Below are positions 1 to 9,332 of a DNA stretch of 64,000 nt, piece after piece. The notes under the pieces are model-generated. The model was not told where the DNA came from, did no database searches, and saw only the letters and a list, made by a program, of their open reading frames with translations. Source of the DNA: Syntrophorhabdaceae bacterium (GTDB lineage Bacteria; Desulfobacterota; Syntrophorhabdia; Syntrophorhabdales; Syntrophorhabdaceae); the NCBI GenBank assembly GCA_963666485.2, contig CAXXUO010000002.1, positions 32,001-96,000 on the forward strand, read 5' to 3'. Position numbers and translations under genes: made by a program. Within the stretch, counting starts at the first letter, position 1. Every line of letters begins with the position of its first letter.

Positions 1-115
1 ACAGGTCGATCCCGGCGTTTTCCTTCTTAAGGCCGCGCGGCCAGAGCCTGTCGACCAGCACCCTGAAACCATCGTTCCGTGACGGCTTCTCGTATATTCT
101 TTTGACCGATATCAT
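1..115 (-). CDS. DUF488/YeaO-family protein, 5' part (runs off window start)
   Basis: Hand translation from ATG 115: [32 protein letters not shown], the [11 protein letters not shown] motif of DUF488. Confidence 0.85.
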   Translation of the reverse strand, partial: MISVKRIYEKPSRNDGFRVLVDRLWPRGLKKENAGIDL

Positions 116-175
116 CGGCGATCCCCGTCCCGGAACCACCGGTCGATACCGGAAGGCGTTCCGTTATTCCCGTCG

Positions 176-658
176 TCAGGCATCAGTCTCTTCATCCGCG
201 GATACTATCTCTTCGCCTTTTACGAAGAATATCGAACACGGCAATCTCCTGATGAGTTCGTGGTTGCTTCTGCCGTAGATGACCCGTTCGATCCTCCCTT
301 CCGGGTGGGCCGCCATGATCATAAGGTCGATATTGTCCCGTTCCACCACTTTAACGATCTCTTCAATGGGTTCGCCTTTTTCAATGATCTCCGTTATGGT
401 CATCCCTGTCGTTCTTTCATCGGCGACGCATTTTTGCAGTTCTTCCCTTATCTCTCTTACGCGGGCCTCGTACTCATCCTTGAAGATCGCGAGGCCGGCG
501 AGGTAGTGAAATCCGATCCTCTCAAACGGGTTGTATTCCAGGTGAAGTATCGATAGCTGGGCGGAAAGGGCCCTCGCGAGGACTGCGCCGTAGTGGAAAG
601 CATTCTTGCAATCCTCGGTTGATCTGCTTACTACAAGTATCCGTTTTATATCGTCCAT
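176..658 (-). CDS. universal stress protein
   Basis: KRILVV N-terminus; GEPIEEIV..DLMIM..GRIERVIYG..LPCSIFFVK USP pattern; SD AAGGAG. Confidence 0.85.
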   Translation of the reverse strand: MDDIKRILVVSRSTEDCKNAFHYGAVLARALSAQLSILHLEYNPFERIGFHYLAGLAIFKDEYEARVREIREELQKCVADERTTGMTITEIIEKGEPIEEIVKVVERDNIDLMIMAAHPEGRIERVIYGRSNHELIRRLPCSIFFVKGEEIVSADEETDA

Positions 659-735
659 CGGGGTCTCCTTGTACGAGAAGCGGCGTTCTTGCGCCGTATG
701 AGCCAGGCTCCGCTTGAATCCCCTGTTTTCCCGCT

Positions 736-1131
736 CTAAATAACCTTAAGGTCTTTTCCGCTTTCCCAGAGTCCGTGGATGTTACAGAGGCTCAGGGCAT
801 ATATTCTTCCCCCGTCCTTTACAGAGACAGCCACGCTTACCGTATGGTCCGTGATGACGGGCCCCTTGTCGGGGCCGGCCGCCGATTCGCCATGTGCGGC
901 AAAGTCGCAGTGGGCTATCTGGTACGAGAATTTGTCATTTTCCGGCTTATAAAAGACCTGGACCCATTTAATATGGTGATCTGTCGTGTTCGGATGCTGT
1001 ATCTCTTTACCGATCGTGACGTTGATGACGAAAGGCTTTCCGGCAACGACCTTGTCGGGGCAGTCGATCACCGGAACATGCTTCTCTTTCTTCCAGTCCT
1101 CGAATTGAAATAACGGACCCAGGCTGTTCAT
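736..1131 (-). CDS. class II SOR-like / desulfoferrodoxin Fe-binding domain protein
   Basis: EKHVPVI, HPNTTDHHIKW and CNIHGLWES ligand motifs; start moved to ATG 1131 behind AGGAGG. Confidence 0.85.
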   Translation of the reverse strand: MNSLGPLFQFEDWKKEKHVPVIDCPDKVVAGKPFVINVTIGKEIQHPNTTDHHIKWVQVFYKPENDKFSYQIAHCDFAAHGESAAGPDKGPVITDHTVSVAVSVKDGGRIYALSLCNIHGLWESGKDLKVI

Positions 1132-1171
1132 TATTTCGCTTCCTCCTAAGGACCTTGCGGTAGATTTATCA

Positions 1172-1363
1172 TTAATCAATTGCTATCGCCTCCATCGGAC
1201 ATGTCTCGGCGGCCTCCCGACAGGCCTCCTCGTTTTGACGCGGAACAGGCTTCTCCCCTATCTGGACCCTGATATTCTCATCTTCCATGAAGAATATCTC
1301 GGGGCAGATCTCCGTGCACGACCCGCATGTAGAACACAGGTCCTCGTCGATCCTGACATTCAT
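1172..1363 (-). CDS. single-cluster ferredoxin
   Basis: CSTCGSCTEICP...EAAETCPMEAI; start moved to ATG 1363 behind GGAGG. Confidence 0.9.
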   Translation of the reverse strand: MNVRIDEDLCSTCGSCTEICPEIFFMEDENIRVQIGEKPVPRQNEEACREAAETCPMEAIAID

Positions 1364-1419
1364 TCCCTTTCCCTCCTTCGCGTGTTCGTCTCTGGTCCGG
1401 CCCATCGCCCGGATCATTT

Positions 1420-1893
1420 CTATTTTCCCGGTCCATCAGCATGAATGGGTTGGCGTATCAGGAGTACGGGACATGCCGCCTTCTTCATCACCTTTTCCGC
1501 CACACTGCCCAGGAGATGACTCAAGATCCCGGTCCTGCCGTGGGACGACATGATAATAAGGTCGGCATTCCTTGCCTGCTGTTCATTCAATATTTCCTCA
1601 TACGGGATCCCCGGCCGTACATCGGTCGTAATGCTGACGGATGAGGCATCGGGGAACAATTCGAGCTGGCGCTTCATCATGTCCTCCGCGGCAGCACTTG
1701 CTTTACGCTCAAGTTCACCAAGGGTGGCCTGATCGAAACAATAGTCAACCGCGCAGGCCTGAACGACTGCGACAACGTGCAGGAGGTATATTGCCGCTCC
1801 ACTCTGCTTCGCGACGTCGATGGCATACTTCAGGGCTGCGTCGGAATACTCGGAAAAATCAGTCGGTACCAGGATCCTCTTTGGAGCAAACAT
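1420..1893 (-). CDS. universal stress protein
   Basis: KRILVPTDFS, DLIIMSSHGRTG..LLGSVAEKV..ACPVL. Confidence 0.95.
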   Translation of the reverse strand: MFAPKRILVPTDFSEYSDAALKYAIDVAKQSGAAIYLLHVVAVVQACAVDYCFDQATLGELERKASAAAEDMMKRQLELFPDASSVSITTDVRPGIPYEEILNEQQARNADLIIMSSHGRTGILSHLLGSVAEKVMKKAACPVLLIRQPIHADGPGK

Positions 1894-1971
1894 GCATGAC
1901 CTCCTTGTGCAAACGTTATGCGGCAGTTCAGGGTGTACCCTGCCCCGCGAAGCTTTCCAAGCGTACCGCCC

Positions 1972-2610
1972 TTATCCGATCTGACCGCGCGCCAGTACCC
2001 CTACAGGCCTTCTCGAAGACGACGGCAACGGTATCGGCATTGCCCCCATCCGGTTGGTTTTTAAGAGCGGAAGGTATATCCTCACCGTAGTCCCTTTGTT
2101 CGCGTTGCTGTCGACGCTTATCGTTCCGTTGTGACACTCCACAACCCGCCGGGCAAGCGTACATCCGAGTCCTTTGTCTGCTCCCTGCTTCGTTGTAAAG
2201 TAAGGCTCAAACATTTTTTCCTTGATCTCCCGGCTCATCCCGGTGCCCGTGTCGGTGATAGAGAAGAGGGCGCACCCTCCGGGCCCATACGCGGCCGGGC
2301 AATCCGCACTCCCGAAACGAATACGGCTCGTTTTCAATGTAAGGGAACCTCCGGGCCTCAACGCATCCCCTGCGTTCCTGATAAAGTTTAAGAACGCCCC
2401 TTTGAGTTTCAGGGGATCTGTCGTTATCGTGAGCTCGGAATCCGCAAGATCAAAAATTACCTCCACACCCTCCGGCAGAATGCCCGGCAGCATTTCCTCA
2501 AGTTCCTCAACTATCCTGTTGAGATCGTGGTCCTTCAATCTCATCATCGGATTAAAACTGTAGGCCGGCAGGCTCCTTTGATCCCATAAATTTACCGTGG
2601 ATACGTGCAT
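1972..2610 (-). CDS. stand-alone HATPase_c (histidine kinase ATP-binding) domain protein
   Basis: N box (LNFIRNAGDA), G1 (DTGTGM), F (FEPYFTTK), G2 (GLG); no H-box/DHp; own SD GGGAGG. Confidence 0.75.
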   Translation of the reverse strand: MHVSTVNLWDQRSLPAYSFNPMMRLKDHDLNRIVEELEEMLPGILPEGVEVIFDLADSELTITTDPLKLKGAFLNFIRNAGDALRPGGSLTLKTSRIRFGSADCPAAYGPGGCALFSITDTGTGMSREIKEKMFEPYFTTKQGADKGLGCTLARRVVECHNGTISVDSNANKGTTVRIYLPLLKTNRMGAMPIPLPSSSRRPVGVLARGQIG

Positions 2611-2746
2611 CCCGCTTCCTCCCTTCTTTACGTCTCAATGAGACCGGATCGTGATCTTCCGGCACATATTTCGTTTCCGCTCCAATATTCAATTCATTTA
2701 CTGAAATACGTCTATTTCAACATGCCAATTGTATGCGTAAAGACAT

Positions 2747-2762
2747 ATCAAGAAGCATGCCA
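2747..2762 (-). promoter_or_regulatory. putative sigma-54 -24/-12 promoter
   Basis: Minus strand TGGCAT-GCTTC-TTGAT; GG spacing correct, -12 reads TTGA rather than TTGC. Confidence 0.55.
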
Positions 2763-2846
2763 TGGCCGCGAGGAAGGCTTTGTCCGTTTTTCCTCTAAGA
2801 TTTCGGGAACTAAGAGAACCAGCCGGAATGTGACTTACGTGAAAAG

Positions 2847-2904
2847 TGTCTTGTCTGACAAGATAATGTCTTGTCACGTAAGAATTATCTTGCCAGGCAA
2901 GACA
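2847..2904. promoter_or_regulatory. three tandem palindromic enhancer (UAS) sites
   Basis: TGTCTTG-tctga-CAAGATA (2847), TGTCTTG-tcacg-TAAGAAT (2867), TATCTTG-ccagg-CAAGACA (2886), about 85-140 bp upstream of the -24 box. Confidence 0.65.
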
Positions 2905-3008
2905 CTGCAGATGAAAAAAAGAGTGGCGCGGCCCAGACAGGTGAACATCTTTTCCCTCTCTTTACACGCCTTTCTGTCCATACTTCTTGCGTTTTACTTT
3001 TTACGGTT

Positions 3009-4424
3009 TCAGATGTTTTGTCTGCTGAGATTGTATTTCTTGAGAAGGGCATAGAGGCGCGGCCGGGAAAGCCCCGACAGGCGGCATATTTCTTTCAGCT
3101 GGCCGTTCGATGCCCTGATAACCCTTTCCAGGTATTGCCTCTCGGCATTGGCAAGGGCCTCTTCCCGGTAGGTCTTGAGATCGGGTATCGCAGGCTCGGC
3201 GCCGGGATATGTCTGCCGGTAGGCCGGTTCGCTCCCGTTCTCCGTATCAAACTCGGATCTCTTGAGCCTGACCCGTATGTCCGTGGGGAGATGTTTGGGA
3301 TAGAGCGTCGGCTGGTGGAAGGCTTCCGATATTGACTTCTCGATGGTGCTGATAAATTCCCTGACATTGCCGGGCCAGTCGTGGCTTTTCAGGGCTTCAA
3401 GGAATTCCGGGGAAAAGCCTTTGTTGCCGATACCGTACTGGTCACACAGGCGGGAGACATAATGGATGAGCAGTTCCCTGATGTCTTCCGGATATTCACG
3501 CAGGGGCGGGAGATCGATCTGAAATGTCCTTACCCGGAAAAGAAGGTCCTCCCTGAAAAGCCCGTCTTCAACCATCTTGTCGAGATTCCTGTTGGTGGCT
3601 GAGATGAGCCGGAAATCGCTGGATATTTCGGTATCGGAGCCAATGGGCCGGAAACTGCGCATCTGGAGGACCCTTAAGAAGTTCCGCTGAATAGAAAGGG
3701 GCAATTCACCTATTTCATCGAGAAACAATGTCCCGCCGTGCGCCTGCTTGACGAGGCCGTCCCGCGCCTTGTCGGCGCCGGTGAATGAACCTTTTTCATG
3801 TCCAAAGAGCGTGCTTTCCACAAGATTTTGAGGAAGCGAGGCACAATCCACAACGACAAAGTTCTTATTGCTTCGGGAACTGTTGTTGTGAATGGACAGG
3901 GCGAAAAGTTCCTTCCCCGTCCCCGTTTCACCCGTTATGAGCACGTTGGCCTCTCCGTGAGCCGCTTTCGCCACCATGTTGAGGCACGCGGTGATGCGCG
4001 GGCTTCGCCCGATGATGCCATCGGCCCTGAGCGCTGAAGGTGGTTTCTGATACCCTTTCTCACGCCGGTACTGCAGGGCCCTTGTAAGCGCAAGCTGCAT
4101 GTCCTTGATCGAGGACGGTTTCCTGATGTAATCCCAAACCCCATTCTTCAAGGCAAGCTCGGCGGCCCCGGAATCATCGAAACCGGTGATCATGATTATT
4201 TCGGGGGAAGATACGGATTGCTTGATATTCTGCAGGATGTCAAGCCCGCTGCCGTCAGGCAGATGTACGTCGAGAAACACGACCTCATATGAATCTTCGG
4301 AATTCTTTTCGAGGCCATCCCGTATGGTCCCGGCTATGACCGGGTCATGCCCTGCCCGTTCGACCATACCCGAAAGCATTGCCGAAAAGTTCTCGTCGTC
4401 ATCTATGATAAGGATCCGTGCCAT
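3009..4424 (-). CDS. sigma-54-dependent response regulator (REC-AAA+-Fis HTH, NtrC family)
   Basis: IIDDD/FLD receiver, [37 protein letters not shown]-terminal HTH. Confidence 0.95.
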   Translation of the reverse strand: MARILIIDDDENFSAMLSGMVERAGHDPVIAGTIRDGLEKNSEDSYEVVFLDVHLPDGSGLDILQNIKQSVSSPEIIMITGFDDSGAAELALKNGVWDYIRKPSSIKDMQLALTRALQYRREKGYQKPPSALRADGIIGRSPRITACLNMVAKAAHGEANVLITGETGTGKELFALSIHNNSSRSNKNFVVVDCASLPQNLVESTLFGHEKGSFTGADKARDGLVKQAHGGTLFLDEIGELPLSIQRNFLRVLQMRSFRPIGSDTEISSDFRLISATNRNLDKMVEDGLFREDLLFRVRTFQIDLPPLREYPEDIRELLIHYVSRLCDQYGIGNKGFSPEFLEALKSHDWPGNVREFISTIEKSISEAFHQPTLYPKHLPTDIRVRLKRSEFDTENGSEPAYRQTYPGAEPAIPDLKTYREEALANAERQYLERVIRASNGQLKEICRLSGLSRPRLYALLKKYNLSRQNI

Positions 4425-4567
4425 TCGTGGACTGGATAATAATATAACACGATATCAACTTTTTTCGGCTTCTGTCAATATTTGTATTCTAAAACTACTA
4501 ATATTATTAATATATTACAACCATAGATATCATCCAGCTCAGCATGGAAGATATGTATATTACTGTT

Positions 4568-5599
4568 TTAATTGATTATTTTAATAACCTTGGCCCCGCG
4601 TATCTTGCGTTCCTTAAGCTCGATAAGGGCCCTGTTGGAATCCTCAAGTGAAAAGGTCTCCACTTCGGGGCGGATAGCCATCCGCGACGCCAGTTCAAGG
4701 AACTCGCGGACATCCCGCGACGCCACATTGGCGACACTTTTTATCTCTTTCTCGAGCCACAGGTGTTCCGGGTAGGAGAGCCCCAGCAATTCAGCTTTGT
4801 CGATCTCTTCCTTCCTTATCGCATTTATAACGAGGCGCCCGCCCCGCTCGAGGTTCTTGAGGGCGTGTACGATCGTTCCCCAGACGGGAGTTGTATCGAT
4901 GGCCCTGTCAATCTTTTCCGGGGAGGTATCGATGGTGTCCCCTGCCCAGGCGGCCCCGAGTTCCCGGGCAAATTCCTGTTCGCCCGCGCTGCGCGCGAAG
5001 ACAAAGATCTTCGAGGATGGATACATATGCCGTGCCATCTGGATGACAAGATGCGCCGAGGCGCCGAAACCGACAAGCCCGATGTTGTCCCCATCCTTGA
5101 TCGCGGCGAGCCGAAGTGAACGGTACCCGATGGTGCCCGCGCATAAAAGCGGTGCGGCCTCACTATCGGTAAACGTTTCGGGGATCGGGAACGCGAAAGC
5201 CTCGGGCACGGTCATGTATTCGGCGTAGCCGCCGTTCACATCCCTGCCGGTTGCCATGAACCGGTCGCAGAGGTTCTCATCACCCTCCCGGCAAAACTTG
5301 CATGTCCCGCACGCTGAATTTATCCAGGCGACACCCACCCGGTCCCCCGTAACAAAGCGGCTTGTGCCCTCTGCACACGCTTCGACGACACCTATGACCT
5401 GGTGGCCCGGAACGACGGGAAATCGCGGCGGAGGGGTCCTCCCCTCGATCTCATCGAGTTCCGTATGGCAGACACCGCACGCCGAAACCCGTAGAAGGAC
5501 CTCTCCGGGCTGTGGCGAAGGGATCGGGATATCGACGAGCCGCAGCGGTTCCTTGTCGCGTGACAGATCGCAGATCCTGTCGATAACCATGGCCTTCAT
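4568..5599 (-). CDS. zinc-dependent alcohol dehydrogenase family protein
   Basis: CGVCHTE, PGHQVIG, structural Zn CGTCKFC..ENLC, GFGASAH. Confidence 0.9.
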   Translation of the reverse strand: MKAMVIDRICDLSRDKEPLRLVDIPIPSPQPGEVLLRVSACGVCHTELDEIEGRTPPPRFPVVPGHQVIGVVEACAEGTSRFVTGDRVGVAWINSACGTCKFCREGDENLCDRFMATGRDVNGGYAEYMTVPEAFAFPIPETFTDSEAAPLLCAGTIGYRSLRLAAIKDGDNIGLVGFGASAHLVIQMARHMYPSSKIFVFARSAGEQEFARELGAAWAGDTIDTSPEKIDRAIDTTPVWGTIVHALKNLERGGRLVINAIRKEEIDKAELLGLSYPEHLWLEKEIKSVANVASRDVREFLELASRMAIRPEVETFSLEDSNRALIELKERKIRGAKVIKIIN

Positions 5600-5616
5600 G
5601 TGCATCCTCCGGATGC

Positions 5617-5654
5617 CGTAAGGCGGCTAACGGCTAACGGCTAACGGCTAACGG
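5617..5654 (+). repeat. heptamer array CGTAAGG + (CGGCTAA)x4, left arm
   Basis: Read directly from sequence. Confidence 0.95.
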
Positions 5655-5763
5655 AAAAAATATAATCATTCCCGATTGTGAAGTGCACCGGTCACCAATT
5701 GTGCTATCAACGCTTTTCTTGATCAGTGCAGCCTGAACGAAAAAACTTTTGACAGGGTGATAG

Positions 5764-5931
5764 ACGCCTTACGCCTTACGCCTTACGCCTTACGCCTTAC
5801 GCCTTACGCCTTACGCCTTACGCCTTACGCCTTACGCCTTACGCCTTACGCCTTACGCCTTACGCCTTACGCCTTACGCCTTACGCCTTACGCCTTACGC
5901 CTTACGCCTTACGCCTTACGCCTTACGCCTT
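5764..5931 (+). repeat. perfect heptamer tandem repeat (ACGCCTT)x24
   Basis: Read directly from sequence; abuts the FKBP stop codon. Confidence 0.97.
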
Positions 5932-6629
5932 TACTTCACCGCTATCAGTTCAATATCACAGATCAGCACCGCGTTGGGTCCTATGATCTGGCCGGCGCCG
6001 GCTTCACCGTATGCCAGTTCGGGGGGAATGTACAGGCGCCATGTCGAGCCGGCGGGCATCTTTGTGAGAGCTTCCGCCCACCCCTTGAGGGTCTGGTTCA
6101 CGGGGATATCGACAGGCCTGTTCTTCCAGTGGGAATTCTCGAATTCATATCCATCCAGCAAACGTGCCGTGTAATGGATCTTGACGATATCGTCCGCCTT
6201 CGGGACCCGTCCGTTTCCCTCCTTGAGGATCCAGTACTGCAGTCCGCTTGAAAGAGTATGTACGGCTTTGCGCTGAGCGTTCTCTTTGAGGAACGCATCG
6301 CCTTCTTTCTTGTTCTTCTGACCGAGCTTCGTCATGACCTCTTTGTCATAGCTGTCAAGGGCTGCCTTGATGTCCTGGTCCGACATAACGATCTGCCCGC
6401 GCGTTGCATCGCGAAAACCCCTGACGAGCATATCGGGATCTATGTCAATGTCCAGGTTCTTTGCATTCCGGCCTATGCCTGCGCCAAGTGCGTATCCTAT
6501 CTTCTCCCGTCCCAGCACGGGCGAATTCTTGGTCTGGGCCGGTGCCGGGACCGAAAATGCGGTCAGGATGAACACGCATATGATCACTGACAAAAGATAC
6601 CTTGATCTCATTACGGAAACCAAATTCAT
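5931..6629 (-). CDS. FKBP-type peptidyl-prolyl isomerase (Mip/FklB-like), exported
   Basis: Signal peptide, YALGAGIG dimerisation helix, SGLQY, GWAEAL, LYIPPELAYG, IGPNAVL. Confidence 0.92.
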   Translation of the reverse strand: MNLVSVMRSRYLLSVIICVFILTAFSVPAPAQTKNSPVLGREKIGYALGAGIGRNAKNLDIDIDPDMLVRGFRDATRGQIVMSDQDIKAALDSYDKEVMTKLGQKNKKEGDAFLKENAQRKAVHTLSSGLQYWILKEGNGRVPKADDIVKIHYTARLLDGYEFENSHWKNRPVDIPVNQTLKGWAEALTKMPAGSTWRLYIPPELAYGEAGAGQIIGPNAVLICDIELIAVK

Positions 6630-6804
6630 TCCGCCTCCTTTCCGAAGATTGCCCTGTATGGGTTTTTAATCGTTTCATATGTTATTCCATGGTCTTAGAA
6701 TTGTCAATTTTTCAATAATCCTGCCAACAATAGCTTTACATAACAGTAAAGAAATTGTACATTACTGCAACAAAAAATTTTCTAACATTTCAGGAGACCG
6801 GACG

Positions 6805-8283
6805 ATGTCAGACGAACAGGTAATTGACCACGAAAATACACAGGAAAGGAGCGCAAACGAAAGCGGTCACGAAGAAGATTTTGCACAGCTTTTTGAACAG
6901 AGCACACAGTCCGTCAAGAGACTGGAACCCGGACAGAGAGTGACCACGAGGGTTGCAGGGATCTCTGGGGACTTTGTTTATATTGACCTGGGCGGGAAAA
7001 GCGAAGGAGTGATCGACAGGAAAGAATTCCTTAACGAGGAAGGCGAGGTAACCCTCAAGGACGGCGATGAGCTCGAGGCCTATTTTGTAACGGTGGAGAA
7101 CGGCGCCAGGAAATTTACCACCCTCATTCACAGCTTCCCGAGCATAACGCTTCAGAGCATTAAGAATGCATTCGATGCAGACATCCCCGTAACGGGCAAG
7201 GTCGCATCCGAGCTCAAGGGTGGATACGAGATCCGTGTGGGCAAAGTGCGCTGCTTTTGCCCCTATTCCCAGATGGACCTCAAGGGAAGCAGGGATACAG
7301 GATCATATATAGGAGAGACGTTCGCCTTTAAGGTACTCGAATATAAGGAACGGGGACGCAACATCATCCTGTCCCGCAGGGCCATACTCGAGAAAGAGCT
7401 GGAGAAAGAAAAAGAGAAGCTCAGAGAAACCCTCGCTGTCGGCATGGAGGTTGCCGGAAAGGTCCGGTCCATTCAAAAATTCGGCGTTTTTGTTGACATA
7501 GGCGGCATCGACGGCCTTATCCCTTTAAGCGAACTGTCATGGGTCAAAGGTTCAAAACCTTCCGACCAGGTCTCGATCGGTGACGAGGTCAGGACGAGGA
7601 TCCTCGAGATCGACTGGACGAGGGACCGTATAACGTTAAGCCTGAAAGCCGTACTCCCCGACCCGTTCCTCTCGGTCCCGGAGAAATATCCCGTTGATTC
7701 GACCGTGCAGGGCGTCGTGGTGCGCCTCGAGAACTTTGGTGCTTTCGTCAACCTTGAACCGGGCATCGACGGCCTGATCCCCATATCGAAACTTGGTGCG
7801 GGAAGAAGGATAAACCATCCCAAGGAGATACTGGAACCCGGGCAGCAGGTTGAGGCCAGGGTAGTCGACGTCAGCACAGAAAAGAGGCGCCTGACCCTTT
7901 CCATGGAGCGCAAGATAACCGTCGAAGCGGTGGACCTTCCGGCCATCGGGACCCTTCTCGAGACACACGTCGAGCGTGTTATTTCATCGGGCATCATTGT
8001 AAAGATAAAAGAAGGCCTGACCGGATTTATCCCGAACTCGGAAATGGGCACACTGAAAGGGACGAACCACAGCAAGATGTTCCCCGTAGGTTCTCCCATG
8101 CAGGCTGTCGTTGTCGCAACCGATCCTTCCCGCGGGCGTGTGAGCTTGTCGAGGACAAAGGTCGATGAAAAGATCGAGCTTGACAGTTACACCCAGTACA
8201 GGGATAAAGTTAAAGAAGAGGAACGGTCAGACGAAAAACTCGGCAGTCTTGGTGAATTGTTGAGGAATAAACTGGGATTATAA
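6805..8283 (+). CDS. rpsA: 30S ribosomal protein S1-like multi-S1-domain protein (probable paralogue)
   Basis: DFAQLF, IDLGGKSEG, repeated FGxFVxx.GIDGLIPxS S1 domains, GSLGELL C-terminus; start ATG 6805 behind AGGAG. Confidence 0.85.
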   Translation: MSDEQVIDHENTQERSANESGHEEDFAQLFEQSTQSVKRLEPGQRVTTRVAGISGDFVYIDLGGKSEGVIDRKEFLNEEGEVTLKDGDELEAYFVTVENGARKFTTLIHSFPSITLQSIKNAFDADIPVTGKVASELKGGYEIRVGKVRCFCPYSQMDLKGSRDTGSYIGETFAFKVLEYKERGRNIILSRRAILEKELEKEKEKLRETLAVGMEVAGKVRSIQKFGVFVDIGGIDGLIPLSELSWVKGSKPSDQVSIGDEVRTRILEIDWTRDRITLSLKAVLPDPFLSVPEKYPVDSTVQGVVVRLENFGAFVNLEPGIDGLIPISKLGAGRRINHPKEILEPGQQVEARVVDVSTEKRRLTLSMERKITVEAVDLPAIGTLLETHVERVISSGIIVKIKEGLTGFIPNSEMGTLKGTNHSKMFPVGSPMQAVVVATDPSRGRVSLSRTKVDEKIELDSYTQYRDKVKEEERSDEKLGSLGELLRNKLGL

Positions 8284-8317
8284 CCGGCTGATATTTCGGT
8301 GCACCATCGGGGGGATT

Positions 8318-8767
8318 ATGCACAGTCTGCTGAATAATAACAGGGGCAGCGTGGGACGATGGGTAGTCATTATCATTATCGTCGCCGCTGCCGTTTTCGG
8401 TTACCAGCATTTCAAGAAAACGCCGCGGTACGCATTGATGCAGTTCAAGAAATGTGTCCTGTTCTCGAATGCCGAGGCAACGCAGCAATACATCGACCTC
8501 GAAAGGGTGGCCCCCGGTTTACCCGAAAGTTTCACGCACCGGGAACCCGACGCAACGGTCAAGCAGCGTCTCATCAATGAACTGAACTCGCCAAGCGAAA
8601 AATCATTTTTTAAACCCGTGAAGGGGTGGTCGGTCATTATGGCGCCTATCACCGTAATGGAAAACCAGGTGGTGGCTACGGCAATGCCCCTCGAAGGGAC
8701 AAAGGTGACGCTGGAAAAAACAGACCAGGGCCAGTGGATCATTATCAGATTGGACGTCCAGGAATAA
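8318..8767 (+). CDS. membrane-anchored DUF2939-like protein
   Basis: N-terminal TM followed by TPRYALMQFKK..YIDLERV. Confidence 0.55.
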   Translation: MHSLLNNNRGSVGRWVVIIIIVAAAVFGYQHFKKTPRYALMQFKKCVLFSNAEATQQYIDLERVAPGLPESFTHREPDATVKQRLINELNSPSEKSFFKPVKGWSVIMAPITVMENQVVATAMPLEGTKVTLEKTDQGQWIIIRLDVQE

Positions 8768-8780
8768 ACCGAAATATTTC

Positions 8781-9329
8781 ATGGAACAAAAAAGATCGCA
8801 ACCAGGGATAGGCTTCGTCATAGCCGTCGTCGTATGCGCCGTTATTGCCGTTGGATCGATCTCCGGCTATATTTATTTCAGGACAACGCCCTATTACAGC
8901 CTCCACAGGCTGAAACAGGCGATCGTTGAGCGCAATGCGCCCGAAGTCCTGAAATACCTCGATACCGATGCCATAATCGACAATATGGCCAAAGACGCGA
9001 TCGCCCAGATGGACAAGAAAAAACCCCGGGGCCGATTCGATGAGAAGATGCAGGATGCGGGTAAAGACGTCGTCCGCCAGATCGTCCCCCAGCTCAAGAA
9101 ACAGATCGGCGACTCCCTCACCGCTCTGCTCATGACCTCTAACGACGACAAGCTTTTCGCAAACCTCCGCAGGGCCACGGTGTTCGCCCTTGCCGTAGAC
9201 ATCAAGAACGGTACCGCCGAAGTCCACGAGCGGGGTAAGTCAGAGGTGAGCTTCACCATGCGCAAGGCCCCTGAGGGCCACTGGCGGATCAACTGGATCA
9301 ATTCAGATCAATTCCAGATGATCAAATAA
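8781..9329 (+). CDS. membrane-anchored DUF2939-like protein
   Basis: N-terminal TM followed by TPYYSLHRLKQAI..YLDTDAI; C-terminal WRI. Confidence 0.6.
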   Translation: MEQKRSQPGIGFVIAVVVCAVIAVGSISGYIYFRTTPYYSLHRLKQAIVERNAPEVLKYLDTDAIIDNMAKDAIAQMDKKKPRGRFDEKMQDAGKDVVRQIVPQLKKQIGDSLTALLMTSNDDKLFANLRRATVFALAVDIKNGTAEVHERGKSEVSFTMRKAPEGHWRINWINSDQFQMIK

Positions 9330-9332
9330 AAA

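Noticed and set aside
5757..6251. ORF with (LRLTPYA)n repeats
   Set aside because: It is a translation of the 7-bp DNA repeat and lies antisense to the FKBP gene
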